A DNA stretch of 35,951 nt. It comes from Trichomonas gallinae (Eukaryota). The notes under the pieces are model-generated. The model was given only the letters and a program-made list of their open reading frames with translations, was not told the origin of the DNA and ran no database searches. A program made the position numbers and the translations under genes. Shown here one piece after another: positions 9,865 to 20,038 of the stretch (position 1 is the first letter of the stretch; every line of letters starts with the position of its first letter). The stretch covers positions 1 to 35,951 of the forward strand of contig MRSU01010641.1 of assembly GCA_008369845.1 (NCBI GenBank), in the 5' to 3' direction.

Positions 9865-10848
9865 TTACAACAACAATGACGAACCATCATGATTTTTGAT
9901 TTCAGTTTGCGATGAAATTAATCTGATTTTAGAACCCTTGAAGCATTGTATACTTCCTGCTAAGGCAAGGAATGAACACTTCTTATCTTTAAGACCAATC
10001 ATCTTCGAATGATTCCTTGAAGTTAATTTTTGAGCGCCGCTCTGCATTTGGTTTTGCTCATTCTTTTGTAGTGGTGCAAAGTAAGGGTTTTTGAGAATCT
10101 CATCAATCGTTGGCCTTTTTGTAGGATTTTTCTCAAAACATTCGCAGATCACGTTTAAAAGCAGTTTATCACGAACTTTATCCTTAGGGAAGAGTCCTAT
10201 ATTAACAACTTGCTGTAATTTGTTAAGATCTGATGCATTGAATGGTACAGTTTTGGTTGCGAAGAAATATAAAGTTACACCTAAAGACCATATATCTGCC
10301 TTTATCGGATCGTACTCTTTCAAGACGTAAATCTCTGGAGCCATATATAATCTAGTGCCCTTTGCATGTTTGCACGATGTGACGCATGAATGGAGTGTTG
10401 ATAAGCCAAAGTCACCAATCTTCACTCTTCCGTAGTTGTCGATGAAAAAGTTTGCTGGTTTTATATCATTGTGTGCAATATTTCGTTTATGAATTGATTT
10501 GATGGCTAAACAAACATCATAAGCGTATTTCCTTACTTCATCATCCGTCATATTTTGTGAATTCATGAAGAGTTTATTGAGATCGTTGGGACAATACTCG
10601 AAAACCATGTATATGAAGTCTTCTAGCTTGAATATCTGGTAAAGTCTAACAATAAAAGGATCATCAATCGACATTAGACAATCTAGTTCACATTGTTTAA
10701 ATGTATTTTGAGGAATTTTCTTGACAGCGAAGCTTGACTTGAATTTTTCCGAGTACATCTCGTAGACGACACCATATCCACCCTGAGCGATCTCCCTTAC
10801 GAATGAATATCCAACAGATTCGAAGTATTGAAGCTCAGTTTGATTCAT
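9865..10848 (-). CDS. Ser/Thr protein kinase, CAMK-like
   Basis: QGGYGVV, FAVKKI, HNDIKPAN, DFG, GTRLYMAPE, DIWSLG, KRPT: complete catalytic domain, non-RD. Confidence 0.92.
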   Translation of the reverse strand: MNQTELQYFESVGYSFVREIAQGGYGVVYEMYSEKFKSSFAVKKIPQNTFKQCELDCLMSIDDPFIVRLYQIFKLEDFIYMVFEYCPNDLNKLFMNSQNMTDDEVRKYAYDVCLAIKSIHKRNIAHNDIKPANFFIDNYGRVKIGDFGLSTLHSCVTSCKHAKGTRLYMAPEIYVLKEYDPIKADIWSLGVTLYFFATKTVPFNASDLNKLQQVVNIGLFPKDKVRDKLLLNVICECFEKNPTKRPTIDEILKNPYFAPLQKNEQNQMQSGAQKLTSRNHSKMIGLKDKKCSFLALAGSIQCFKGSKIRLISSQTEIKNHDGSSLLL

Positions 10849-10950
10849 CTAATTTATATATAATTTCGTCTCTCAATTTTGAAAAAACAGAAAATTTTGA
10901 TCATGACTTAGATACATATTTTCATCTATATTATTAAATTAAATTGCTTA

Positions 10951-11016
10951 AAATAATTATGGCCTTGATAATTCAAAATTCTATAAATATTTTATGTCAT
11001 GAGGCCATAATTATTT
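10951..11016. repeat. Perfect 15-bp inverted repeat
   Basis: AAATAATTATGGCCT (10951-10965) and AGGCCATAATTATTT (11002-11016), 36-nt spacer. Confidence 0.8.
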
Positions 11017-11734
11017 CTATCACATAATTTCATATTCAAATCTTTCTTATATATTATTCGTGATAACCATTATGCGCTCAATATAAAAACGCTGTTCTGT
11101 TGCTTTTCTATGAACGCAAAATTTTACATGTCAAAAATTTCTATTACAGGGAAATAGCTGCATTATCTGACACAATCATTATTTGGCGATAATATGATAG
11201 CAAAATTTTGAATTTTACATGACAAATTTTGAATAAATGATTTGAAAAGTCACATTTGAACGATAAGAATTTCACATCATTTCATTTTGTTAAAACATGT
11301 ATATTTTGCTTCTTTTAGGCAATAATATCATGAAAATGACTTTAAAGCTAAATGTTCAAATGTATTCTTAAATGAATAAATTTTCATTTTCGATTTACGC
11401 TTATTGGATACCATCTTTAAAATTTATTCATAGAAGAAACCTGTTCTCAAAATATAATTTGCTTGAAATAGCATTTATTAGATGAGGTAATATCTTTGAT
11501 AGCAAATTATATCTTGTCATTCAATATACAAATAGAAAATCTTTCAACTATTCATATATCCATTACTAACATGCAAAATATCAAATTGAATCTAAATTTT
11601 TCAATTTAATTCACCAAATATCAATAATAGCACAGCAATAATTAGTATATGAAGCCACATCGCAATAAATAATTTGTCTTCTTAATATTCTCATTGAAAT
11701 ATTCTTCCACTAAGTTTATAGAGGAAACGGAAAA

Positions 11735-11805
11735 TATATCTGACAAATAAATTTATTTACACGACAAAATATAGTTTATATGTCAAAAATAATATTTACG
11801 TGACA
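11735..11805 (+). promoter_or_regulatory. Four phased TTTACATGACA-like motifs upstream of the WDR11-like gene
   Basis: TATATCTGACA at 11735, TTTACACGACA at 11756, TTTATATGTCA at 11775, TTTACGTGACA at 11795 (spacing 21/19/20). Confidence 0.55.
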
Positions 11806-11830
11806 AAATCTAGTTTCCCATAGGTATAAA

Positions 11831-14374
11831 ATGTCGAAATCAATAATTCCGCAATTTCCACCAGAATTTGTAAATGGAAATATTGATGCGATCGATATCA
11901 GCACGTTTGGTATGATAGCACTTGCAACAGGAAGCATTGTTAACTTCTTTAATTATGATGGAATAAAGATAACGAGATCTTTCTCTGTTTATCCATCAGC
12001 ATCTGTCATCACAGTCCTCCAATTCCATAAGAGAAGGCGCGAAATCCTAATAGGCGATGCAAGCGGCCGATTTTGCATTTACGATATTTGCTCAATGAAA
12101 GTCATTACTTCCACGCCGCCACTACGCGAACCGACGCCAATATGCGATATACTATGGATAGACAACTTTATTCTTACCACAAAAGGAAATCGATTTTTCT
12201 CATGCTACCAATTATCATACGGCACCAATGTCGACATATATCACTTGTGGAGCATCCAGCTGCCGATCCTCTTCACGAGAATGAAATACGATGATATTAA
12301 CAACAATTTCATAATTTTTTACGGCCACGATAATTCATTCGTTGTTTTGCCAATACAGAACTTGAAGGAGATACCAGAAACAGATGTAAACATTTTGGAG
12401 ACCGTTTCTAACATCAGGGACGCTCAAATTCATCAACATCTTCCAGGATACGTTTTTCTCGTTTTGGAATCATCCGTTTGCTTGTTCAACGCCCAAAACA
12501 ACAGAATCATCAGTGTAATTCAGTCTTCTCAAACAACTTCGCCTTTTGAATCTTTAATTCAGTTTAGATCGAAGCACGATGAAGTTCTCATCAGGCATTT
12601 TAATGGAACACTCACACTCTACTCTGCCTCTGATCCTTACAACTTTTACGCAAAGAAATACGCGATTCACAATCAAATCAAGCAGAGACTGTTTATGACG
12701 GTAAAAGATCCGATAGATGATGATAAGATCATCATTTTCTATCATCCTTTCGGCTTAGCCGTCTTCGATATGTTGAAATTCAAGATTTTAACTTTGTGCC
12801 CATTATTTACTTACAGATCTATGTGCTTCGACACAGATGGAACAACATATGCCAATGGCATGTCCAAAGGGTTGATTTACGTTGGAGATATGCATGATTA
12901 CACTAATGTCAAGTCTTACATCGTCGGAGATGAAGATGTGACATTCGTTTCAGTGAATATGCCTTATATTACATGGGCTACAAGTTCTTTCGTTGGCTCA
13001 ATCAATACAGAAACAAGAAAAGTTTTAACATTCCCACAAAATGACAAACCTCTGCAAGTTTGCGGTAACCACAAAGGTGGTCTCCTTGTTTTACGCAAGC
13101 CTGACCTGCTTGGAGTATATATTAACGGTAAAGAAAACAGAATTTCATTCGCATCTCCAATTCTAGCATTTTCTCTGCAACAAGAAGAATCAACGAGGGA
13201 TTCAGGCAGCTTCGTCGTCATAACAGAGTCAAGAGACATTTACTTTATCAAGTATTCGCCTGGAGGCGTTGAGCCACCTTTCTTGCAGATGCATGTTGTC
13301 GATCAGATGGGCTCGGTGTCATCTGTGGCGTGGTCCGGCAACAGTTTCGTGACAGGTTCGCGCGAAGGAATCTTAACTACATTCGATATAAGAAATCCGT
13401 CGCCGCAAATATGGACTCCTAACCACGGAAATGTATCAAACTTAGTCTTCAAGGAAGGAGTCTTGTTTGGAATGATCGGCCAAGCATTATTTGTCGGATT
13501 CGGCGGAAGAATGGCTGCAGGTATATTTACATGCATAGTACCTATTTCTTCTTCAATACTTGCTTACGTTGCACCTAACGGACACATAAGAGTTTGCGAT
13601 GTTTCGTCATTAGAAATAATCCCCGACATGCCTCATTCTCTGCCGCCTCCACCGAAGCAGACAGAGCTCGGAACAGACCTGCAGTCGATTATATCAGGAA
13701 AGCCGTCATTGAGGGCCATGTCTATAAGTGGCGCTGGCGACTCAATACAAGCGAACAAGATCTACGCTCATCTCGCTGAAAAAGAGAAAGCGGAGAAGTG
13801 GTTCGTCGTCAGGCAGCTTAGTTACGCATCTCAGGAGAGAGATGCAGTCAATCTCTTGAAAGAGACATCATCAGATGATCCGAGATTCATGTTCGAGACA
13901 GCTTTGGCTGCTTTGTTGTTGAGCGATGCTCCTCCTAATGCTGTTCAGCGCGAGTTCATTGCTGAGCGTGCTAAGGTTCTGTTTGAGTCTAATAGGGCTC
14001 CTGATGCTGTTACACTGTTGACATTGATCGGCATGGACAAAGTCGCAGTTGACAAACTTATTGAGATGAGTTTGGCAAATGCTGCGATGCCTATGATAAG
14101 AGGCAGGCTCAGCCCAGAAGATAAGATCAAGTATTTGAATATTATAGCAGTGAGAAAAGTCGCTGAGAAGAATTTCTCTCATGCTTCTTTGCTGTTTGCT
14201 TCTTCAGGCCAATACCACGGAACATTGTTCTGTCTCTACAAACTTGGCTTCATTGAAGACGCAACTTACGTAATGAATAACACAGAAGTCAAAGAGCTAC
14301 CTGAAGAAATCTCCAGCAAGATCGAAGGTTTTATTCCACTCGATGAGCTTCTCAAGCTTATCAAGAACAACTAA
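11831..14374 (+). CDS. WDR11: WDR11-like WD40-repeat protein
   Basis: N-terminal NIDAIDISTFGMIALATGS resembles the first WDR11 blade; WD-type beta repeats follow. C-terminal helical region (DAVNLLKETSSDDPRF; DAVTLLTLIG...RGRLSPED...ASLLFASSGQY) resembles the WDR11 C-terminus. Confidence 0.7.
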   Translation: MSKSIIPQFPPEFVNGNIDAIDISTFGMIALATGSIVNFFNYDGIKITRSFSVYPSASVITVLQFHKRRREILIGDASGRFCIYDICSMKVITSTPPLREPTPICDILWIDNFILTTKGNRFFSCYQLSYGTNVDIYHLWSIQLPILFTRMKYDDINNNFIIFYGHDNSFVVLPIQNLKEIPETDVNILETVSNIRDAQIHQHLPGYVFLVLESSVCLFNAQNNRIISVIQSSQTTSPFESLIQFRSKHDEVLIRHFNGTLTLYSASDPYNFYAKKYAIHNQIKQRLFMTVKDPIDDDKIIIFYHPFGLAVFDMLKFKILTLCPLFTYRSMCFDTDGTTYANGMSKGLIYVGDMHDYTNVKSYIVGDEDVTFVSVNMPYITWATSSFVGSINTETRKVLTFPQNDKPLQVCGNHKGGLLVLRKPDLLGVYINGKENRISFASPILAFSLQQEESTRDSGSFVVITESRDIYFIKYSPGGVEPPFLQMHVVDQMGSVSSVAWSGNSFVTGSREGILTTFDIRNPSPQIWTPNHGNVSNLVFKEGVLFGMIGQALFVGFGGRMAAGIFTCIVPISSSILAYVAPNGHIRVCDVSSLEIIPDMPHSLPPPPKQTELGTDLQSIISGKPSLRAMSISGAGDSIQANKIYAHLAEKEKAEKWFVVRQLSYASQERDAVNLLKETSSDDPRFMFETALAALLLSDAPPNAVQREFIAERAKVLFESNRAPDAVTLLTLIGMDKVAVDKLIEMSLANAAMPMIRGRLSPEDKIKYLNIIAVRKVAEKNFSHASLLFASSGQYHGTLFCLYKLGFIEDATYVMNNTEVKELPEEISSKIEGFIPLDELLKLIKNN

Positions 14375-14697
14375 TTTTATTTATTATCTGTCTTATTAAA
14401 TATATTTATTTTTGAAAAACATGAGATTTTCAAGACAAAGGTATCTTGAGTCAAGCTTGCAGAGAATATTTTGATTCGTATAACATAATCGCAAGTATTG
14501 GCATCATGATGATTTTATAATTAAACCATTTGAAAACTGTGGTCGAACTGATTTGATTGTGCTGCACGTTTTAATCATTAAAAAATCAGTAAAAGTAACA
14601 TTTTAAAGAATAATTATTTTAGATTTTGTTGAATTCTGCTATTGTATAACAAAAAATATTTATTAATACAAACAAAACAATAATATTAAAAAAAATC

Positions 14698-17361
14698 TCA
14701 AACAAATGATAAAGTGCGTTGTCCTCCTGATATGACAGGAGACTCATTCATAGAGATATTCTTTGGTCGAATAACAACATCTGACATTTTCTCGCTCAAC
14801 CCCTTCTGTGTTAAGTTGCACTTGTCAACAAAGAACCAATCACACTTGATGTTCTTAACTTTGTCTGCAGCTTCAAGCGAGCCTTTGATGTGAACGCCAA
14901 CTATCTCACCACATGTGCATGCGATCGGCTCAAAAGCAAGTCCATCTTCATATGACCACTCGTAATTCAACTTTCTTCCGTCCAATAAATTCATTTCTCC
15001 TGGTCCAATCCTTGCGCAAACAATTGGCTCCGACTGCGAATCTTTAATTCCGAAGTATTTCCGTATATACGATGATGTGGAGTTAAACGTGCATGTTTTC
15101 TCTATCCTAACAATCTTTGCCAACTTAGACAAACATGATGAATGAGTAATGACTAATGGCTCGTTCTCATTTATCTCTGTCTGAACACCTTGCACTGAAT
15201 TGGGGAACATCTTAATCATGTCATCATAAAACGTTGCAAGTTTGTTTGATAAATCAGAAATGGTTGCGATTGGAGTAGCTTTCAATCCGCCCTGCATCCA
15301 TCCTGGGAAATTCGATCTTTCTTGAACAAATCTCGAATCAATCAAAATAATCGATCCATAGTCGTCTTTGTGTCTTATGCATCTACCGAGTGCTTGCGAT
15401 AATGCTCTGAATGCTTGCGCTTTGTACCAATCCGATCCATCTGATGTGGCGAATTCAACGTCTTTTTGCTTCGCGTGTTCATCATTATAGCCTCTCTTTA
15501 GCAAAATTTCTGGTGCGTAAAGTGATGGATATGGAATTCCGAAAATAATAACGCATCTTGCTTGTCTGTCTGCGAAATCTGTACCTTCACTCACTCTTCC
15601 TCTACATACTGATATCAATAACCCGCCGTTTCCTTTGTTGATGCTGCTTCTGTATTCTTTGAATGCGTCGCTATCATCTTTCTTTCTCTTTCCACTTTGT
15701 TCATGGAAAATTGGCTTGACTTTCGCTATTTCGCGCATTAAGTTGTATGATTTGTCATGCCATACATCCAGGCATTTCTTCATTATTGATCCTGAAGGGA
15801 AAAAGAGCAAAACGCCATCTGGTACTTTTTGACATGCTGCCAAAACTATTTCGCCTAGCTTCTTGTAGATATTGTTGTTGAGGGATTTAGATACGCTCGT
15901 TAATTCAATGTTATCCATCCTCTGGATGATCATTGATAAAACTTGGTTAGGTTTAATAACGTGCATAGCAGATAATGTCTGCGAAAATTTCGTTCGCAAT
16001 TCACTTTCGTATTGTGATAAAGGACTTAATGTACCTGATGTTATAATTACTGAATGCGTTGTTGAAACAATTGACTTAAAAGCGACACCAGGTGACATAC
16101 ACAATAATTGCAATTTCGGATTATTTTCTTGTCTATCTTCGTAATCTGTCAAAATTAACTTAAAATCATTGATTGTGTCGTTATTGTATATATATGATAG
16201 CGTTGTCAAAATCTTTTCCAAAATCACAGCAACTCTGTCGGGAATCAGTGAATCCTGGTCTCCCATTGCTTGTTCGTTCGCTGAAATAATCTCTTGCATG
16301 TCCTCCCTGTAGATAGGGAATCTGACTTTATTTAGCGTCCAGCCGCTCAACACCATTTCGACGTCAGCATATTGGAAGAACTTTTCATTTTGGTTTCTGT
16401 TATGTGCCCACGGTTGTTCGTCGATATTTCTTGTGAACCAGTCATATATTTTATCGAAAAGAACGCCAAGACTTTGAAAATGCTGAAATAGATTTTGTCC
16501 GATTTGTATTCTCATTTCTTCGTATTGTAAAAGAGTTCCTATGTATCCTTGAATGTATCCGACTTCATTGTAGTCTAAAGAAAGAGAAGCTGAGTCTCTG
16601 CAGATGCCTTCTATGTTATGGCCTTCATCGAAAATTACGACTGAATTATTTAAGTCGAGTTTCATGCTCTTTCTAATTGCACTGTCTAATATGTAGTTAT
16701 ATGGCGCCAAAATGAATTCTGCACGCTTCATTAAATTTCTTGTTACATAGTATGGGCATTTAACTTCTTCTCTGCAGATATTGATTAAGTCTTCGATGTC
16801 ATATTTGGCATATTCGCCGGATGGAAACATTGATCGAGGAATAGATATACTTTTTCCGAATTCGCAATTATGCTTTGAATTATTTTCTATACGGCATTGC
16901 GCATCGATATCTGGCTTTGATCTGACATTGTCATTAATACATAATTGTGCTCTTGACGCCAAAATTGCCATTTTTGGAGTGTAAGTTGGTAAATTTCGTT
17001 TTAATTCCGCAACGACTTGAGAAAGTTGATTATGTGTTCTACTTGTATAGTAAATTTTGACTTTGTTATCAGTTTCGTCGTCTGAATCAAGATTTACGTA
17101 TTCTTCGCCATACATAGGTGCAGGATCCACCTTTTTCGGAGGCTCTGGCTTTTGCTTTTGCAGCCACGATTGATATGCGAGAGTTGAAGCGAGAAGTGAT
17201 AAAGTTTTACCTGTACCAGTCGGAGATTCCAATAATGCGTTTTCGGAAGACTTGAGAGCGACCATGGTTTTGGCCATGATCGCTTTCTGGGCAGGATAAG
17301 GCGTCGCAAAAGGGAAATCAACGTCGATGCCCATCAAGCATAGATGCCCGGGCGAAGACAT
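14698..17361 (-). CDS. BRIP1: Rad3/XPD-family Fe-S DNA helicase, FANCJ/BRIP1-like (RTEL1 not excluded)
   Basis: FPFATPYPAQ Q-motif, ESPTGTGKT, SRTHNQLSQV, four Fe-S cysteines (LCIN...C...C...CPYY), DEGHN, TSGTLSP, CRGRVSEGTDF, QAFRALSQALGRCIRH. Start moved from the ORF-track GTG (17415) to the first ATG (17361), giving 887 aa. Confidence 0.85.
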   Translation of the reverse strand: MSSPGHLCLMGIDVDFPFATPYPAQKAIMAKTMVALKSSENALLESPTGTGKTLSLLASTLAYQSWLQKQKPEPPKKVDPAPMYGEEYVNLDSDDETDNKVKIYYTSRTHNQLSQVVAELKRNLPTYTPKMAILASRAQLCINDNVRSKPDIDAQCRIENNSKHNCEFGKSISIPRSMFPSGEYAKYDIEDLINICREEVKCPYYVTRNLMKRAEFILAPYNYILDSAIRKSMKLDLNNSVVIFDEGHNIEGICRDSASLSLDYNEVGYIQGYIGTLLQYEEMRIQIGQNLFQHFQSLGVLFDKIYDWFTRNIDEQPWAHNRNQNEKFFQYADVEMVLSGWTLNKVRFPIYREDMQEIISANEQAMGDQDSLIPDRVAVILEKILTTLSYIYNNDTINDFKLILTDYEDRQENNPKLQLLCMSPGVAFKSIVSTTHSVIITSGTLSPLSQYESELRTKFSQTLSAMHVIKPNQVLSMIIQRMDNIELTSVSKSLNNNIYKKLGEIVLAACQKVPDGVLLFFPSGSIMKKCLDVWHDKSYNLMREIAKVKPIFHEQSGKRKKDDSDAFKEYRSSINKGNGGLLISVCRGRVSEGTDFADRQARCVIIFGIPYPSLYAPEILLKRGYNDEHAKQKDVEFATSDGSDWYKAQAFRALSQALGRCIRHKDDYGSIILIDSRFVQERSNFPGWMQGGLKATPIATISDLSNKLATFYDDMIKMFPNSVQGVQTEINENEPLVITHSSCLSKLAKIVRIEKTCTFNSTSSYIRKYFGIKDSQSEPIVCARIGPGEMNLLDGRKLNYEWSYEDGLAFEPIACTCGEIVGVHIKGSLEAADKVKNIKCDWFFVDKCNLTQKGLSEKMSDVVIRPKNISMNESPVISGGQRTLSFV

Positions 17362-17441
17362 TTTGTAAATTTTACAAAATAAAAGGAACTTCCCTTTTTT
17401 GGAAAATTTTGACACTTGTCAGAATATTAAATAATTTATCA

Positions 17442-17511
17442 AATGTCATGTAGATCGTCAGAATGTCAAATATTTTGACATAATGTCATGTAAATCGTCA
17501 GGATGTCAAAT
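17442..17511. repeat. 30-bp direct repeat (period 40) with TGTCA every 20 bp and a central palindrome, in the helicase upstream region
   Basis: 17442-17471 vs 17482-17511 are 28/30 identical; TGTCA at 17444, 17464, 17484, 17504; ATGTCAAA-tat-TTTGACAT at 17463-17481. Confidence 0.8.
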
Positions 17512-18346
17512 TACCGAACATTGAAGTGTACAGAAGTTATCTAAGTAATAAACCGTATTGATATGGACTTTTGATTTAAAACATTTTGGGACTCCCCCCT
17601 TCTTCTGGCATCATATCTGAAATCGATCTGGGAATAGATTGCGTTTTCGCTAAAGAGCAGCACTGGCCTATCAAGATTGGATGTATTGGGGAAGAAGTAA
17701 AAATCAAAGAAAATCTGTTTTAGCTCTACCAAATAGAGATATATTAAAAAAAAAAAGAAAGCATATACTCAAGATAATTCATGACTTTTTCAAATGATTA
17801 ATCCAAATCATATCATGTCCGTGTTCAATGTGAATCTATTTGTACGCAATTACATCCTGTTATGAGATCATTGATTACAGCTAAAAAAGTATGATACAAA
17901 TGGATACTGTTTGTATCTGGATCATGGTAATATTCTCAATACATTTTGGAAAGAAACACCTGAAATTTATTTTGATATAAAAATTATTATCATTTTTCAA
18001 GCGCATGTGCTGTGTTTTCATGATATAATGTACAGAATATTATATTTAAATGTTAGTTGCATAGATTTGATCTCATAATAAATTGTATTGTTATTAAAAT
18101 TGCACTTCAACTAATTTTTACTTTAATCATATTGCTTATATAGATGAAGTAATGCATTAGTTGAATCTCTGTTTTACTATTTGTGATCTGATATTATTTC
18201 CAAATTAATCAATTGTATTTTATACTCTTCTCACTATTACCTATTAAATCTCTGTTAAATAAGATAATTTTGGCAAGAACTATATTGAAATTCTTTTTAT
18301 TATCGTCAAAAAAACAAAAATCATATAAAAACAAGCATAAAACAAA

Positions 18347-18910
18347 CTACTGAAGAGTGTTGAAGTATGAAATCATAAACTGATCATCATTCAATAGATG
18401 TTCGTAGTCCAAAGTTGAGAATAACGAATCAAGAACATTTGGTTGCTTCTCTTTAATAGAAACATCTTCATTCGAGCTTGAAACATCAAATGATTCGTCG
18501 CTTGTTACTGAAAGCTCTATTTTCTTCTTTGAGACTTTCGATTTCTTCTTGTTTGTCCTACGAATTAACGTTTGCCAGCGGTTACGAATCATGTTTCCTG
18601 TTCTACCCTTAAACATCTTTGCAATTGCGTTCCATTTATTTCCATGGATCGCGAATTGTTTGAGAATCAGTTCATCTTCTTCTTGTGTGAAGTCTTTGTG
18701 GTTGATTCTTGGGCACAAGTAGTTCTGATATCTCTCTCTGCACTGTCTAGGCGTTCTTGTCTGCATTATGTTGGAAATCTCTCTCCAATTAGGAGAACGT
18801 CCGCTTTCTCTCACTAATTTGATTAACCTAGAGTCTTCCTTGGATGTGAACTTTGATCTGCTGCAGTAGTCTTCGCATGGAGAATGACCGTTTGGAAGTA
18901 ATCTATCCAT
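18347..18910 (-). CDS. R2R3 Myb-like DNA-binding protein
   Basis: KFTSKEDSRL...W..IS..M..RTPRQCRERYQNYLCP and FTQEEDELI...GNKWNAIAKMFKGRTGNMIRNRW. ATG at 18910 chosen over the TTG at 18934; 187 aa. Confidence 0.93.
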   Translation of the reverse strand: MDRLLPNGHSPCEDYCSRSKFTSKEDSRLIKLVRESGRSPNWREISNIMQTRTPRQCRERYQNYLCPRINHKDFTQEEDELILKQFAIHGNKWNAIAKMFKGRTGNMIRNRWQTLIRRTNKKKSKVSKKKIELSVTSDESFDVSSSNEDVSIKEKQPNVLDSLFSTLDYEHLLNDDQFMISYFNTLQ

Positions 18911-18920
18911 AATGAAGTGA
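18911..18920 (-). promoter_or_regulatory. Trichomonad initiator (Inr) element
   Basis: Minus-strand TCACTTCATT immediately precedes the Myb ATG. Confidence 0.7.
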
Positions 18921-20001
18921 TTAAGATTGACCAAATAAATTGAATCAACCTATGTTATTTGAATTGGAGGATTTGATAATGACAGAATTTTTTGAGAGGA
19001 ATTCATCCGAGATTGAGAACTTGTCTCTCAAAATAAGTGTTCAGGTCTGCATTTCGTCATTCCTGCAACTAGGATATATTATTAAGCATATTTTTTTAAC
19101 CTGTCTTTTTATTTTTTTATGTTTATCAATTTTGGTAAAATGATCTATACATGTTTTTCTTATTAGATCTTCAAAAAATTATTTTTTTACGCCTCAAATA
19201 TTTTTTTTTGTTAGCAATGACATTTGTTTTTCGATTTTGCAGGACCGTTATAATAAATGCAGCATCTTTTATGCGAATGAGTTTTGTGAAGCTCTGAAAA
19301 ATGTTAAACAAAGTTTTATAAATTAAAATGTAAATCTTGTGATATTGAGAGGGTGAAATGGAAATTAATGATGCTGTCTAGATGATGAATAGAGCATTAT
19401 TTCAATAAAAACTCAAAGTTACGCCCATTATTTAATTATCTTAAAACTGAAACGTTTTAATGCTGAATGTGGGTACATTACTTCGTGTATTTGTCCAACC
19501 AACTTCTTCAATTCAAAATTTGCTAAACAATCTTTGAAATTTCTTCGTAACTTAACAAAATATTTGGTCAAATACATATTTTGAAACGCTATTGTTTTAT
19601 TTCACGTGTTCTAACTAAATTCTTAGGTAGGAAAATGCGATTTATTCAAAGGAAAGAAAAGAAAGATACAAAATTTCGACTGAAATGCTGATGAATGATA
19701 AATTAACCCAATACATATTAGAATGTTGATATTTGCAGGAGTTTTTCATTCTTTATTATATGGTTAATTCAATGATTAATGTGCGAATTGCACGAAAAAA
19801 GTAATAATCGTTTTCCTCGTAGTATCAGCTACATATACTATTTTACAATGATATTAGCAGGTTTATTACTATAAAAACTCATAGTGGTGTGAAGATATTC
19901 GAGGATAAATATCAATTTCTATAAGAATAACAATCTCATAGCCCATAAATAACAAGAATATCTTTTTAATCAAAAAATACAAAATTGCAAATTTAGGGTT
20001 A

Positions 20002-20030
20002 TGTCACTTTTTAAAATATTGTCACTTTTT
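20002..20030 (+). promoter_or_regulatory. Duplicated TGTCACTTTTT (Inr TCACT; AAAGTGAC on the opposite strand)
   Basis: Copies at 20002-20012 and 20020-20030, just upstream of the ATG at 20039. Confidence 0.6.
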
Positions 20031-20038
20031 ATTAAATA

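Noticed and set aside
17362..17415. GTG-initiated N-terminal extension of the helicase
   Set aside because: Eukaryotic context; the extension is AT-rich promoter-like sequence and conserved residues start after the ATG at 17361.
17442..17511. CRISPR-like repeat-spacer reading of the direct repeats
   Set aside because: Only two units with a 10-nt spacer, no cas genes, eukaryotic locus.
18940..19980. Short ORFs in the Myb/OS-9 intergenic region (67 aa plus strand; about 49 aa minus strand near 19430-19580)
   Set aside because: No recognisable motif; composition is intergenic-like.
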